A stretch of DNA of 64,000 nucleotides from Eledone cirrhosa (GCA_964016885.1 OZ024740.1:425630001-425694000), one strand, 5' to 3'; numbered from the stretch's first letter, positions 28,486 to 40,419 are shown. A program made the numbers and translations. The notes: generated from the letters alone by a model not told the origin.

Positions 28486-29801
28486 TCTATATATATAAAA
28501 CAGAGGATGTCTGTCAGTGTGTCTGTTTCCCTAAAACTCGAGAAGTACCAAACCGTTTTTTTTTCAAACTTTACACATGTAACCTGTATGGCCCCGGAAG
28601 TGTTTTGAGCAAAAAAAAATTTCAAATTATTCTGACCTAGGGATCGAATTAGTGAAGTGGCCAATGTCTGTACATAATAAGGGAGTGAGAGGGGAGAGAA
28701 AGAAACGGAGAGGCGAAGTGAAGAAGTGGCTCTCTACTCCTCCTCCTCCTTCTCCCCATTCGTCAAAGCGTTTTTCGATAGAGGGGAGAAATGTGAACGA
28801 GTTACAGAGAGAAAGAGTGAGAGTGAAAGAAACAGACAGACTAAAAGAGGGGGATAGCGGGAGAGAGAGAGAGAGAGTGACAGATGGCGTCTTTTGAGAG
28901 TTGTATGCGTCAAAGATACATGAGAGTGGAATAACTATTGCGTGTGTGTGTACGTGCGCGCGTGTGTGTGTGAGTTTGTGTGCGTTTGCATGCGTGCGTG
29001 TGTATGTGTGCGTAAGTGATTATAAACTCTCTCACATTGTCTGATGGAATTAACCCTTTAGCATTTACATTACTCTATATATACTATATTATTTTCATGG
29101 TAAAGGCTTTATCTCATATAATATAAAAATCTCATAGATTTAATATTATTTAATATTATTTAGTATTAATGTGAGTGAGTTTTAAAGAGAAAGAGTGAGA
29201 GTGAAAGAAACAGACAGACTAAAAGAGGAGGATAGCGGGAGAGAGAGAGAGACGCTGGAAGAGAGAGAGAGACGCTAGAAGAGGGGAAGGAAAGCTATAT
29301 GTCTTGCTGTCTGCATTACGATACATATATATACACACACACACACACTGATCGCGTCATAATGACGTAATGCAGACAGCCGGACAAACAGACAGATATT
29401 ATAAAGGCGCGACGTTATGTCTATGTATCTATCTAAAAAGAAAGACTAAGAATTACAGAGAAAGATCGCTAAATCGCCTAATGCCGTCCCTAGGACATTG
29501 AAAATTTGAAATATTTTTTACTCAAAACACTCACAGGACCATAAGTATTACATGTGTAAAGTCTGAAAACAATCGGTTGGGTGGTTCTTAAGTTTTAGTG
29601 AGCTAACAGACAGACAGACATTCTCTGTTTTAGATATATAGATATATATATAATTATATATTAGTGTAAAGATATTTTTGCATACACAATAACAAAATAT
29701 AAATAAACGTATTTATTTCACAAGGCTCAATAAGGATACATATATATCAAATATATAAGAACCCTAGAGCAAATCCCGAGTAACGCCAGGCCATTCTGCT
29801 A

Positions 29802-29802
<1 letters not shown>
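28486..29802 (+). mobile_element. Non-autonomous Helitron
   Basis: Starts 5'-TCTATATATATAAAA and ends with a subterminal hairpin CCCGAGTAACGCCAGG then CTAG-3', inserted between A and T. It holds an inverted copy of its 5' 170 bp at about 29470-29642. Confidence 0.7.
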
Positions 29803-29843
<41 letters not shown>

Positions 29844-29847
<4 letters not shown>

Positions 29848-30146
29848 GTAATAAACAACATAAGATAATTATTTCATTACCAGTGATTTCTTGAAAGCAA
29901 ACAAATATGCTTTAAGTCATCAGAATGAAAAAATCCTGGTGTTTTTATTGAATGTGGGTTTTCAAATCCACATTCAATAAAAACACCAGGATTTTTTCAT
30001 TCTGATGACTGAAAGCAGATTTGTTTGCTTTCAAGAAACCACTGGTAATGAAATCATTATCTTATGTTGTTTATTACATAACTATTAAGCTCTGTAATCT
30101 ACATAGAGCACTCTTTTTTGCTGGACCTTTCCGACGGAATTACTTC

Positions 30147-30149
<3 letters not shown>
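29844..30149. mobile_element. Fold-back element, family 1, with a hammerhead motif on each strand
   Basis: ~115-bp arms centred near 29962. Plus strand: TTTCATT-CTGATGA(30002)-CTGAAAGCAGA/TTTGCTTTCAA-GAAA-CCACTGG-TA/ATGAAA. Mirror TCATCAG at 29917. ~68-bp tail on the right arm. Confidence 0.85.
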
Positions 30150-30224
<75 letters not shown>

Positions 30225-30227
<3 letters not shown>

Positions 30228-30370
30228 GATAGAACTGGTTTAAAACTAGTTAGGCCATTACACAACAAAGTACACAATACTTGGAGTGGAACAGTATGAC
30301 TATATTATAAAGATTCAGGACCCGACGGCTGAGCTCTTGCCATTTCAACAGCTAATTCCACCCAACTGTT
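30225..30370 (-). mobile_element. Diverged single-arm relative of family 2
   Basis: Homologous tail (CAAAGTACACAATACTT). Minus strand reads AACAGTTGG..TTAGCTGTT-GAAA-TGGC..GCCG-TC, i.e. stem II, GAAA, stem III and the cleavage triplet. Confidence 0.6.
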
Positions 30371-30373
30371 TAT

Positions 30374-30464
<91 letters not shown>

Positions 30465-30478
30465 TCACTCACACACAG

Positions 30479-30534
<56 letters not shown>

Positions 30535-30536
<2 letters not shown>

Positions 30537-30735
30537 CGAATGAAATGTGGTAAGGAACCAGGTGGACCATAACGCACCAAAGTACTCAATACTTGAGGTA
30601 GTAGAGTGGGTAATAGGAACCAGTAAGACCCCGACAGCTGAGCTCAAGCCGTTTCGACGGCTAATTCTGGACTCTGGAGTCCAGAATTAGCCGTCGAAAC
30701 GGCTTGAGCTCAGCTGTCGGGGTCTTACTGGTTCC

Positions 30736-30738
<3 letters not shown>
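30535..30738. mobile_element. Fold-back element, family 2
   Basis: Perfect 62-bp arms (30613-30674 and 30677-30738), ~78-bp left tail, (TA)n flanks. Closely similar to 23344-23506. Confidence 0.85.
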
Positions 30739-30773
<35 letters not shown>

Positions 30774-30966
30774 CATATATATATATTTATATATATATAT
30801 ATATAACGCTGTAACACGTTTAGAATCCACAACGGAATCTTATTTGATAGAAAGCTACTACACAAATAATAACTCTCATCACTAGATCTCAATGGAATTA
30901 TTTCTTCAAGATTAAAATGGAGTTCTAGCAATGTTATTGACCTTACCATAAACAGCTTGGTACCAG

Positions 30967-30997
<31 letters not shown>

Positions 30998-31062
30998 TCA
31001 CAGACGAGAAAACTATATATTCTAGACTGTTTTCAAGTCCAGCAGTCACAAGCGGTGGGAGA

Positions 31063-31108
31063 AACCGTCCGGAGGAAAGCCAGTCAAGCCTGAAATGCAT
31101 AGACGGTT
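31063..31108 (+). ncRNA. Type I hammerhead motif (U4G variant) in a ~215-bp insertion between TA tracts (30995-31210)
   Basis: AACCGTC-CGGAGGA-AAGC..GCCT-GAAA-TGCA-TA/GACGGTT. Stem I extends through internal loops to GTCCAGCAG/CTGCTGGAC (31037-31130). Confidence 0.7.
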
Positions 31109-32465
31109 GTTTCCCTTGCTTCTGCTGGACACCACCAGAGGGCGTTAGCCCCGGTGTTTGCATAGCTACGGCTTCCTAAAACCGTGTTTCTTTAGAAATA
31201 CGAAATTTCTATAAATATATATGTATATGTGTGTGTGTATTTTGAAAACATAGTTTTTTGTAAGCTGCTACGTTGCAGAATTTGACTTCGATAAATAGTG
31301 AAACAATTTCAGCATATAAACCAGTAGAGGAGGTTAAATTAGACAGTATGGCTGGGTTGCCATTACTGTAAAGCGAGGTTTCCCAACAAACCGTTATTTT
31401 CAAGCCTTATCCCTCAACCAGTAGATATAAACTACGATTCGATTGTATTACAAAGCGTTGAGTATATTTGAAAGCTTATTGTAAGCTGTTTCAGAATAAG
31501 TTTTGACAAAGAAAACAGTCAGACAAATTGTGCATATGAACGCTTAGGGACTGATAAATGTAGGTTTCGTTCACACAAGCTATATCATCCACGTTTCCAT
31601 GTACATTCTCTATTCCATCGCTCTTCATATTTCCTTTGCATTATCAATTACATTATCATTTAAAATTTAAGTTGATAGAATGAAGTTAATGAAATTCTGA
31701 AAGTAAAGCAATTTCATCTGACAACAAAATGTATAGAGATAGAACCGATTGCAGTTGTAAATCCTGAGATAGAGAAAAGGGGAAATAGTTTATATTAAAG
31801 AGAAAATAGCGTTTACGGAAATATTATCACCATTTTTTCCTTCAAATCTTTGCATTCTTTAATCCAGCTTAAACAAAATTAATATTTTTGTTATTGCAAT
31901 CTTTAATCCACCTCCATATATGTGGTATATTCTATTTATATATATCAGCATGTTGAAATTCAAATGGAAGTTTGATATCACACTTTTACGATATCAAATT
32001 TCAGCTAACAATTATTATATATGAAGGGAATGACGTGGTTTGGCGGATTCCCTTAAGCTTTTTTGTCCAGGCTGGGCCTAGGTGACGAGGAGTTTTCGTA
32101 TTTCATTGCACCTGCATTAAGTCACCCCCCCCCCCATATATATAAGTTAAAACAATGAAATAAAAAATCAAGTCATTAGAGATATACTTCACTGCTTTAC
32201 GATCGTTTCTAGATGATGATAATACATTGTAGCTATACTTCGTTATTGATCTATGTAAGGTTAGTTACAAAATATCAGATAAAGAGAATATTTACTTACA
32301 TGCATATTACCAGCTGTTTTCAAAAGCAATAATAATTTTATTCAGAATTAGTAGTATCTTGTCCTTATTTGGAGGTAGTTGAAGAACTAACCAATCAAAT
32401 TGTTTTTTTCCATATGATGTTCAGATGAAAAGTAATTCACTTTAGTTGAGGTCATGACCCTTTGA

Positions 32466-32555
<90 letters not shown>

Positions 32556-33599
32556 GGCAATTTCAAAGGAAAAGCAAAGGAAAAAAGAGTGCTCTATGTA
32601 TAGAACAGAGCTATTTAATTAGATTTAAATTATTATTGTACTTACGAAATATATATGTTTATATGAAACTATATATACTCTTTCCTTTAAGGGCTATTTG
32701 CACACTGGGAAACGTAGTACTAACTTTAGCACCCGAAAGACAGCCAGTAGCATGCTGACGCGTAAGAAATCGCCATGAGCTCGTCTAAACTAAGTCTTCT
32801 GTGTCCTTCGTTTATCACATGAGTTAATATTTTATACGAACAAACACTCACATACACACATGTACTCATATATATATATATATTGAGTACCATTGTAGGT
32901 TACATTAAACATATTTCTCTTTTGTCTCTTCTCATCGATCAGCCAGTTTCCATACTTTTCTTCATAAGAATAGTTTCTTAAAAGTAACAAAGTAACACGT
33001 CTCTCTCTCTCTCTATATATATATATATACAAAAAAAAACAACCTAAGCGCTCGAAGAAAGCCAGCGTGTGATAACTTGCCTGAGAAAATTCTCACTGAT
33101 ATCACTCACAGCAAAGTTGACAATGTGTCCAAGCGAGTAGTTCTTAGCTACATGACGGATTGACAAGTTTTAGCCAGTAGGGAAAGTTTTACCAGAAATA
33201 AACACAAAAATAGAAATCCTGAATCTCTTGCTCATACTTCTCTCCACCATTTTATCTCTATCTCTTCTTTTATTTTAGTTTATTTATTATTTCTACTTTT
33301 TTTGTTTTTACTCACTTCTATTCCTGCTTTTCTCAATATCTCTCTCGCATCTTTTCGCTTTCTGCCAAAAGGTAAAAGAGAACATTGGCTGACATTTTGA
33401 CCGATACTTTGTTGCTCATGCTGCATGCCCTCGCTTGCTTTTCATGTTATCCTTATAGTTTTTATTTGTTGTTGTTGGTCTTATTCTCGGCTTTGTTCTG
33501 TTTGGGAGGTTAAAAACAACTTGTTACAATTTCTTGATAATATAGCTTATCATGATTATGTTGACTCCGTTTCTATGAAGTTCAGCTTTCGTGGAAATA

Positions 33600-33713
33600 G
33601 TAGTGGTGTTGATAGTAGTAGTGGTGGTGGTGATGGTAGCAGTAGTAGTAGTAGTAGTGGTGGTGGCGGTGGTGGTGGTGGTGGTGGTGGTGGTAGTGGT
33701 GGTGGTGGTGGTA

Positions 33714-33757
<44 letters not shown>

Positions 33758-34360
33758 GGTGGTGGTGCTGATAGTAGTAGTAGTGGTGGTGGTGGTAGTG
33801 TTGGTGGTAGTGATAGTGGTGGTAGCAGTAGTAGTAGTAGTAGAAGTAGTGGTGGTGGTGGTGGTGGTGGTGGTGGTGGTGGTGGTGGTAGTAGTAGTAG
33901 TAGTGGTGGTGGTGGTAGTGGTGGTAGTGGTGGGGTGGTGGTAGTGGTGGTGTTGGTGGTAGATGTTGTGGTGGTGGTAGTAGTAGAAGTGGTAGTGGTG
34001 GTGGTGCTAGTGATGTAGATAGTGGTGGTAGTGGTGGTGATGTAGATAGTGGTGGTGGTGGTGGTAGTGGGACTATGGTGGCGGTGGTGTTGGTGGTAGT
34101 AGCGGTGGTGGTGGTGGTGGTGTTGGTGATGTAGATAGTGGTGGTGGTGGTGGTAGCAGTGGGACTATGGTGGCGGTGGTGTTGGTGATGTAGATAGTGG
34201 TGGTGGTGGTAGTGGAATTATGGTGGCGGTGCTACTGATGTAGATAGTGGTGATGGTGGTGGTGGTGTTAGTGGTAGTGATGGTGTTGGTGGTAGTGATG
34301 GTGATAGTGATGGTGTTGGTGGTGATAGTAATGGTGTTGGTGGTGATAATGATGGCGGTG
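33600..34360. repeat. (TGG)n/(TAG)n trinucleotide low-complexity tract
   Basis: Direct inspection. The Gly/Ser and Val ORFs here are by-products of the repeat. Confidence 0.9.
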
Positions 34361-34558
34361 CTGATTGCTAGAAATTGTTTAGAGGAAATACTGGCGGTGT
34401 GGATGTTGATGTGGTATTTTACATAAAGCGTTCAGTGTTGACAGCTCCTCATTTTTGATACGATCTCAGTGTAACCTCTTGACAACGATCTCACCAGAAC
34501 ATTCACTACAATTGTATTTATTGGATACAATATATAGAGAGAGCATCGTCGATGATAT

Positions 34559-34620
<62 letters not shown>

Positions 34621-34628
<8 letters not shown>

Positions 34629-34833
34629 GTGAGGTTTTTTTACAAAATGAAAAATAACCGAGGTGTCCTACACGAGTGAAAGTATAAAGAACAAAAGATG
34701 AAATCGAAAATGCAACTGGAGTCTTATTTAAAAAAATATATATATATTTATTTGGTTCCTTGACCGGTTTCGCAGTTCTTCTGCTTTTCAAAAGTAGAGT
34801 TGACATGGAGGGTCTGTGGTGTTTCTCACATCT
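34621..34833 (-). mobile_element. Solo 3' end (pseudo-LTR plus tail) of the Neptune-like element, hammerhead at 34759-34794
   Basis: Reverse complement of about 43995-44206. Reads CTT-TTGAAAA-GCAG/CTGC-GAAA-CCGG-TC/AAG and abuts (TA)n. Confidence 0.85.
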
Positions 34834-34837
34834 GTGA

Positions 34838-35150
34838 TATATTAATAAATGGAAACTATATTTATAAAACCATATTTATTTTATTATACATATTTCAAGG
34901 GCAACCAAGGCAAATTATGGTGCTCTTTCATCAGATAAAATACAGATTTGTTTTATAAATAAATATTGACATACCCGGAAAAAGACAACATTAACAGTTG
35001 GAGCTTTCTGGATAGTGGAGATAGTACATTTATTGAGGGTGATACAAAGTTATGAGTGAGTATGCAAATGAGTGTCCGAAAGGTTGAAAAGATAACGGTT
35101 TATTTAAATTAAACTGTTGGAAGAAGATATGTAAGGGAGAGAGAAAAAAG
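34838..35150 (-). mobile_element. Family A 3' end with intact hammerhead motif at 34877-34942
   Basis: TATTTTAT-CTGATGA-AAGAGCACCA..TGGTTGCCCTT-GAAA-TATGTA-TA/ATAAAATA, with an 8-bp stem I. Bases 35047-35150 are inverted at about 35795-35903. Confidence 0.8.
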
Positions 35151-35385
35151 AAAAAAGAAAAAAGAAAAGAGAAAACAGAAAAAAGAAAAAGAAAAAAGAA
35201 AAAAGAAAAAAGAAAAAAGAAAAAAGAAAAAAGAAAAAGAAAAAAGAAAAAAGAAAAAAGAAAAAAGAAAAAAGAAAAAAGAAAAAAGAAAAAAGAAAAA
35301 AGAAAAAAGAAAAAAGAAAAAGAAAAAAGAAAAAAGAAAAAAGAAAAAAGAAAAAAGAAAAAAGAAAAAAGAAAAAAGAAAAAAG
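35143..35385. repeat. (GAAAAAA)n heptamer repeat
   Basis: Direct inspection. Confidence 0.95.
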
Positions 35386-35947
35386 TTGACTTACAACTTT
35401 TAATAAAATAAACTATACTAAATTTTCTCTAATGTAAAATACTATATATTTATTTAAATAATTTATAATCCTTAACATACACATTTAAACTAATTATTAA
35501 TATTAAATTATTAAATTAAATCTTTAATATTAAGGCAAATTTTAATCTTTAATTTTGATTTCTAATTTTTAATTTTAATCTAATTTTTCAACCTATCATT
35601 ATAAGTATTATAAACGTAATGAATCCTGCTTTATAAATATTATTCTTCCACGTTAATCTTATTTCTTCTTTCACTTAGATATACTTACGCTGTGTATATT
35701 TATCCTTTGAAACTTATTTCTTCATGCACTCTATCTTCACTATCAATATATATAATCGTTTCTTTCTTTTCTCTTCTGTCTTTCTCCTTTCTTTTTTCTT
35801 TATTCTCTCTCCCTTACATATCACCTTCTTCCAACAGTTTAATTTAAATAAACCGTTATCTTTTCAAACTTTCGGACACTCATTTGCATACTCACTCATA
35901 ATTTAATAAACCTTTAAGGAATTACACCAGTCCAGCCTCCTGTTATT

Positions 35948-36017
<70 letters not shown>

Positions 36018-36233
36018 TTAGAACCCTGTAACCATTAAGCTCTAAGTATAAAGTACAAATAAATACTGAGCCGATTAACAATATATAGTAAGAAACACAG
36101 TAAACCATGTGTCTAAAATTACAAGGGTTGAAAAACCACATATGCTTGAAATATTTAACCAAGAAACAGACAGGATGACAAAATGAAAATAAAAATATAT
36201 TATCATAATACAAACCGCCTCAATAACCATTAT

Positions 36234-36315
36234 ATCTCTCGGACAGATTATCCCTAATCTGTTTCGCCCTGAGTGTGTTTGTAACAGATAATCCTGGGCT
36301 TCATCAGCGAGAGAT
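36234..36315 (-). ncRNA. Canonical type I hammerhead ribozyme, copy 1
   Basis: ATCTCTCG-CTGATGA-A-GCCC..GGGC-GAA-ACAGATTA(GGGA)TAATCTGT-C/CGAGAGAT: 8-bp stem I, 8-bp stem III, GUC site. Confidence 0.9.
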
Positions 36316-36700
36316 TGCAATTAAATGTCACAAACACTATTTGCCAACGTTCACACAGAAAGATGAATTTATCACCTCGTACGCCGCCAGTCAAACGTAG
36401 TAAGCGCGTATTGAACAGAAATAACAGTCCAACACGCAAAACTTAATAGCTCATCCTGTAAGAGAGCCGAAATATATATATGAATTAGAACCCTGTAACC
36501 ATTAAGCTCTAAGTATAAAGTACAAATAAATACTGAGCCGATTAACAATATATAGTAAGAAACACAGTAAACCGTGTGTCTAAAATTACAAGGGTTGAAC
36601 AACCACATATGCTTGAAATATTTAACCAAGAAACAGAGAGGATGACAAAATGAAAATAAAAATATATTATCATAATACAAACCGCCTCAATAACCATTAT

Positions 36701-36782
36701 ATCTCTCGGACAGATTATCCCTAATCTGTTTCGCCCTGAGTGTGTTTGTAACAGATAATCCTGGGCTTCATCAGCGAGAGAT
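36701..36782 (-). ncRNA. Canonical type I hammerhead ribozyme, copy 2
   Basis: Identical to copy 1, 467 bp away. Confidence 0.9.
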
Positions 36783-37499
36783 TGCAATTAAATGTCACAA
36801 ACACTATTTGCCAACGTTCACACAGAAAGATGAATTTATCACCTCGTACGCCGCCAGTCAAACGTGGTAAGCGCGTATTGAACAGAAATAACAGTCCAAC
36901 ACGCACAACTTAATAGCTCATCCTGTAAGAGAGCCGAAATATATATATGAATTAGAACCCTGTAACCATTAAGCTCTAAGTATAAAGTACAAATAAATAC
37001 TGAGCCGATTAACAATATATATATACATATATATATATATACATATATACATATATATATATATAGCGAAGCATTAAGAAAACAATAGACTAAATTAAGA
37101 AAGAATACATTAAAATTAAACCCTCAAAAGTGAAATTCAGAGAAAGTGCGTGTATAATATTTTGATGGTAGTGAGAAGGAATATAATGGACAGAAAATAA
37201 GTTTGGGAAATGTTGATGACAAAATGTGTATATCGTTGTTAAGACAGTTTGTATATTTTTTCCTAAAACGATATTACTAAGACATTGATTTCCTGACTAG
37301 AGAACTAGAGTAAGGGGAGTTAAGAAAACTTATACTTTGAAGATGCAGTTATGTGTGTGGTCGCGTAAAATGCGAGTATAAGTTTGGAAGGTTTTTGAGA
37401 CATGCGGAGGTGAGTTCAGTCCAGTTGGGTAGGGGCGTAACGCCGGAAAATAAACTGTCGTTCACGGCCTAGTCGTGTACACACACACACATATATATA

Positions 37500-38140
37500 T
37501 AGTTCAAGGAAACGACATGGCAGGGATACAAAATGTCTTATTAATTTCGCGCTTTATATAGAAAAGGATAAAGAAAGTTGGACGCGTTGGGCTTTAGCCC
37601 TTCTTCAGAAGTAAAAAAGATAGAACCAGGATCACAAATGATAGACACAGAAAATAAAAGTTAGTCAGTAGTAAAAACACAAAAATAATGAGAATCGAGG
37701 GAACAAAACAGGAAAGGTGACACAGATAAGTTGGAGGTAACAAGAAGAAGAAACAGCGGAGATATATAAATGTAGTGAGAAGGTCGCGGGAGATTAGTGC
37801 AGAGCAGTTCAATAAAAATCTAAATATTCGAGGTCCTGGGTAATCCGCTGGCTTCACAGAATGGTAAAATAAAGCAGACCCAAGGCGTAGGTAAATATCC
37901 AAGTTTGAAATACAAAGATTGCCGCGAAAGCGGGGAAAATATAGTCCAAGGAATCTACGAAACACTGAGCAAGCACCCTAAACGAAACGACTTCCTGCAT
38001 AAATGAATCATGCTAAACCAACCCGCGACCCACCTTCCAAATTCGGCAAATCGAACGCGGACCATCCATTTTCCTAAATTCAGGAAACCGAACACGAACT
38101 GCAACAGCCACCAAATGGGGAAGACAGGCGTTATCAAGCT
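37500..38140 (-). mobile_element. Decayed Penelope-like 3' end with a broken minimal hammerhead at 37581-37612
   Basis: ACTT-CTGAAGA-A-GGGC(TAAA)GCCC-[GA missing]AA-CGCG-TC, ending at a TA tract. The upstream limit is uncertain. Confidence 0.5.
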
Positions 38141-40084
38141 GCAGCTGACATATTACATAGTTTCTGTATAATAAAGCTAAGCATGCTATTCTCTGCAGCA
38201 ATTACGACCCCATTATGTTATACGCTGTATAATATTAGCACTCATTTTAATTGATTACCAGCATCAGCGTTAATAAGAGGCAACTTGGTGCATTTGAGGA
38301 TACGACTGTGATAGGGTATATACCCCACACGATTACGTATTTGCTCGTGGCTGTTTAAATGATGTAGAAAAGGTGAAGAAAGAAGAGGTGTGTTTGTCTG
38401 GTGAAGCTGCATGCAAATACATAGCTACACGAAAAAGCCAGAGGCTATTATAGTGACGATAGAGAAGAGACACTGTATCTGTGTGCCAATGGTGATAACA
38501 CATTGCCGTTATAATCATTGCATGTATAATGAAACAATTAAACTAGAAAATCACATAATGTTGATACATGCATTACTTTTTAAACGTTATTATCCAATGA
38601 GACAGACAATAACATGATACAGTGTGTGGCCGGCTTCTACACAGAATACATCGAGACGATGTCACTTGGAAGTCTTCGGTAGACAGGATTCTAATGTAGA
38701 AGACATTCCTATTATGGTCATACAGTTTTAATTATCCTAATACCACTGACTTGAGAATTGATCTATAATTATATAACTACATGCTCTCAAATTACAGGTA
38801 CAGACCATCTGAAGGGCTTCTACATTTTCCGTCTATTCAATGTTTCACTCAAGGCTGTTGTTGATAGGAAGCTATTGTAGAAGACACGTGAACAAGCGGC
38901 CAAATGGAGGGATCGAATATAAGACCACGTAATTACGAAACGAACGTCTTTACCGGGTGGCCCTTTGTGTACCCGAATTACTCAGATATTTGAAGGAACG
39001 TATGACCTCACAAAAGAATATACAAACCATTTTCTTCTTTCTTATCTCTTCGTTATTGAGCATCATTCAAACAGACCAATGTTTATGTATTCTTTAAAAT
39101 AAAACGAACTGTGCTTTGCTTTAAAAAGTTCATTTCATTGAAAACACATAGCTCCATGATTGCATTACAATTTTCAGGTGAATACATATAAAACAAAAAA
39201 TTAGGATTAATGTTCAATACCGCAAACAAGTCAATAATCTTGTTGGACAGATGGAATTTTATAGTTATGTTAAATATTTCTTTGTTAATTAGTTGTAATA
39301 GTTTAACCCAGGTCAATTTTGATCAAATAAAACCATAATGTAAGGTGTTCTCGTCTTGACCATCCCGCTCTTTTCGGAATACTTTATCTAATGTGTTCTT
39401 TCTTATTTTAAAGACCGTATGGTGTCATTGGAGTAAGATTTGGCTGTTATATCTTGCATATCAAACAGCTGCCCCCTCGACGACTCAACTATTCTATGTT
39501 TGTATTTAGTTAGTCTGTTCGTGAAGTAGAGGCGGAGATCATCACGTTTACCGGAAACTAAACATAGATGGATGTCATTATGAAAAACGTGCTTACGGAT
39601 GATTCAATGAGAGTAACATTTTCATTGGTCACTCACCGTGTTAGAAATAGCAAGCCTCCGCCCTGTTAGAAGTAGCAAGCCTCCACCTTGCTAGAAGTAC
39701 CAAGCCTTCACCCCATTAAATGACACCCCACAGTTCTAAATTAAAAAAAAAAGACAAATTGGAAAATCTTGTCTCACATAACACCTATAATGACTGAATG
39801 ACTTATACAACAATGCCTCTATTGATAGGCCTACTTGATCAGACTATATTCGAGGCTAATCAACAAAAACAACGGGAAGAGTATTTGTTGTCATGCTATT
39901 TATATAAGTAATGTGATTGTCTCTTTAAAAACCTTACTTTGGAAAGGCATTGAAGCGTTTATTGAAGTATTTAAGACAATCAAAGAGGTACTAGTGTTGC
40001 ACATTTAACAACTGCAATTGTGGAATGATATTGAAGATATAATCGATATCTTTAACATAATGGAACAGTATTATCGAGGTCTAT

Positions 40085-40240
40085 ATATTTATTCTAAACA
40101 AGAAATTTGCACTAACCAATATTTCCAGTCTTTCTTACCCACAACATCAGTTTTCTGGAACTCAATCCCTGTCCATATCATTTCAAAACGGAGTGGACCT
40201 GCAACAGTTTAAGCCAAAATATCAACAATATTAATCTCTT
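40085..40240 (+). pseudogene. CR1/Jockey-type LINE C-terminal remnant
   Basis: TNQYFQSFLPTTSVFWNSIP..DLQQFK resembles the SFFPRT..WN.LP..L..FK motif. Confidence 0.45.
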
Positions 40241-40419
40241 GGTTTCGGGCAGGAGAAGTGGGGCTCAAAAGGCCATGGGCACTACCACATTTTCCTGACA
40301 CATCAAAACATCAAAAACATGAAGGGACACAGTAATTTACTAAAATCATTTCAGCTATCCAACCATTCCCTACATATTCCTGATGTTACGCTAAAGTATA
40401 AAACTGTCAGAACATTAAA

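Larger units (their letters stand above)
36013..37020 (-). mobile_element. Retrozyme-like tandem element: 2.15 copies of a 467-bp non-coding monomer in (TA)n
   Basis: TGAATTAGAACCC recurs at 36014, 36481 and 36948. I count 5 differences between the full copies. Each monomer has one complete hammerhead. Confidence 0.85.

Noticed and set aside
33425-34018. Gly/Ser-rich protein with an apparent signal peptide
   Set aside because: It derives from a TGG/TAG microsatellite and has no other support.
38630-39880. Several probable old SINE/LINE-tail fragments (also 27480-27640 and 48120-48240)
   Set aside because: Too decayed to delimit or classify without a repeat library.
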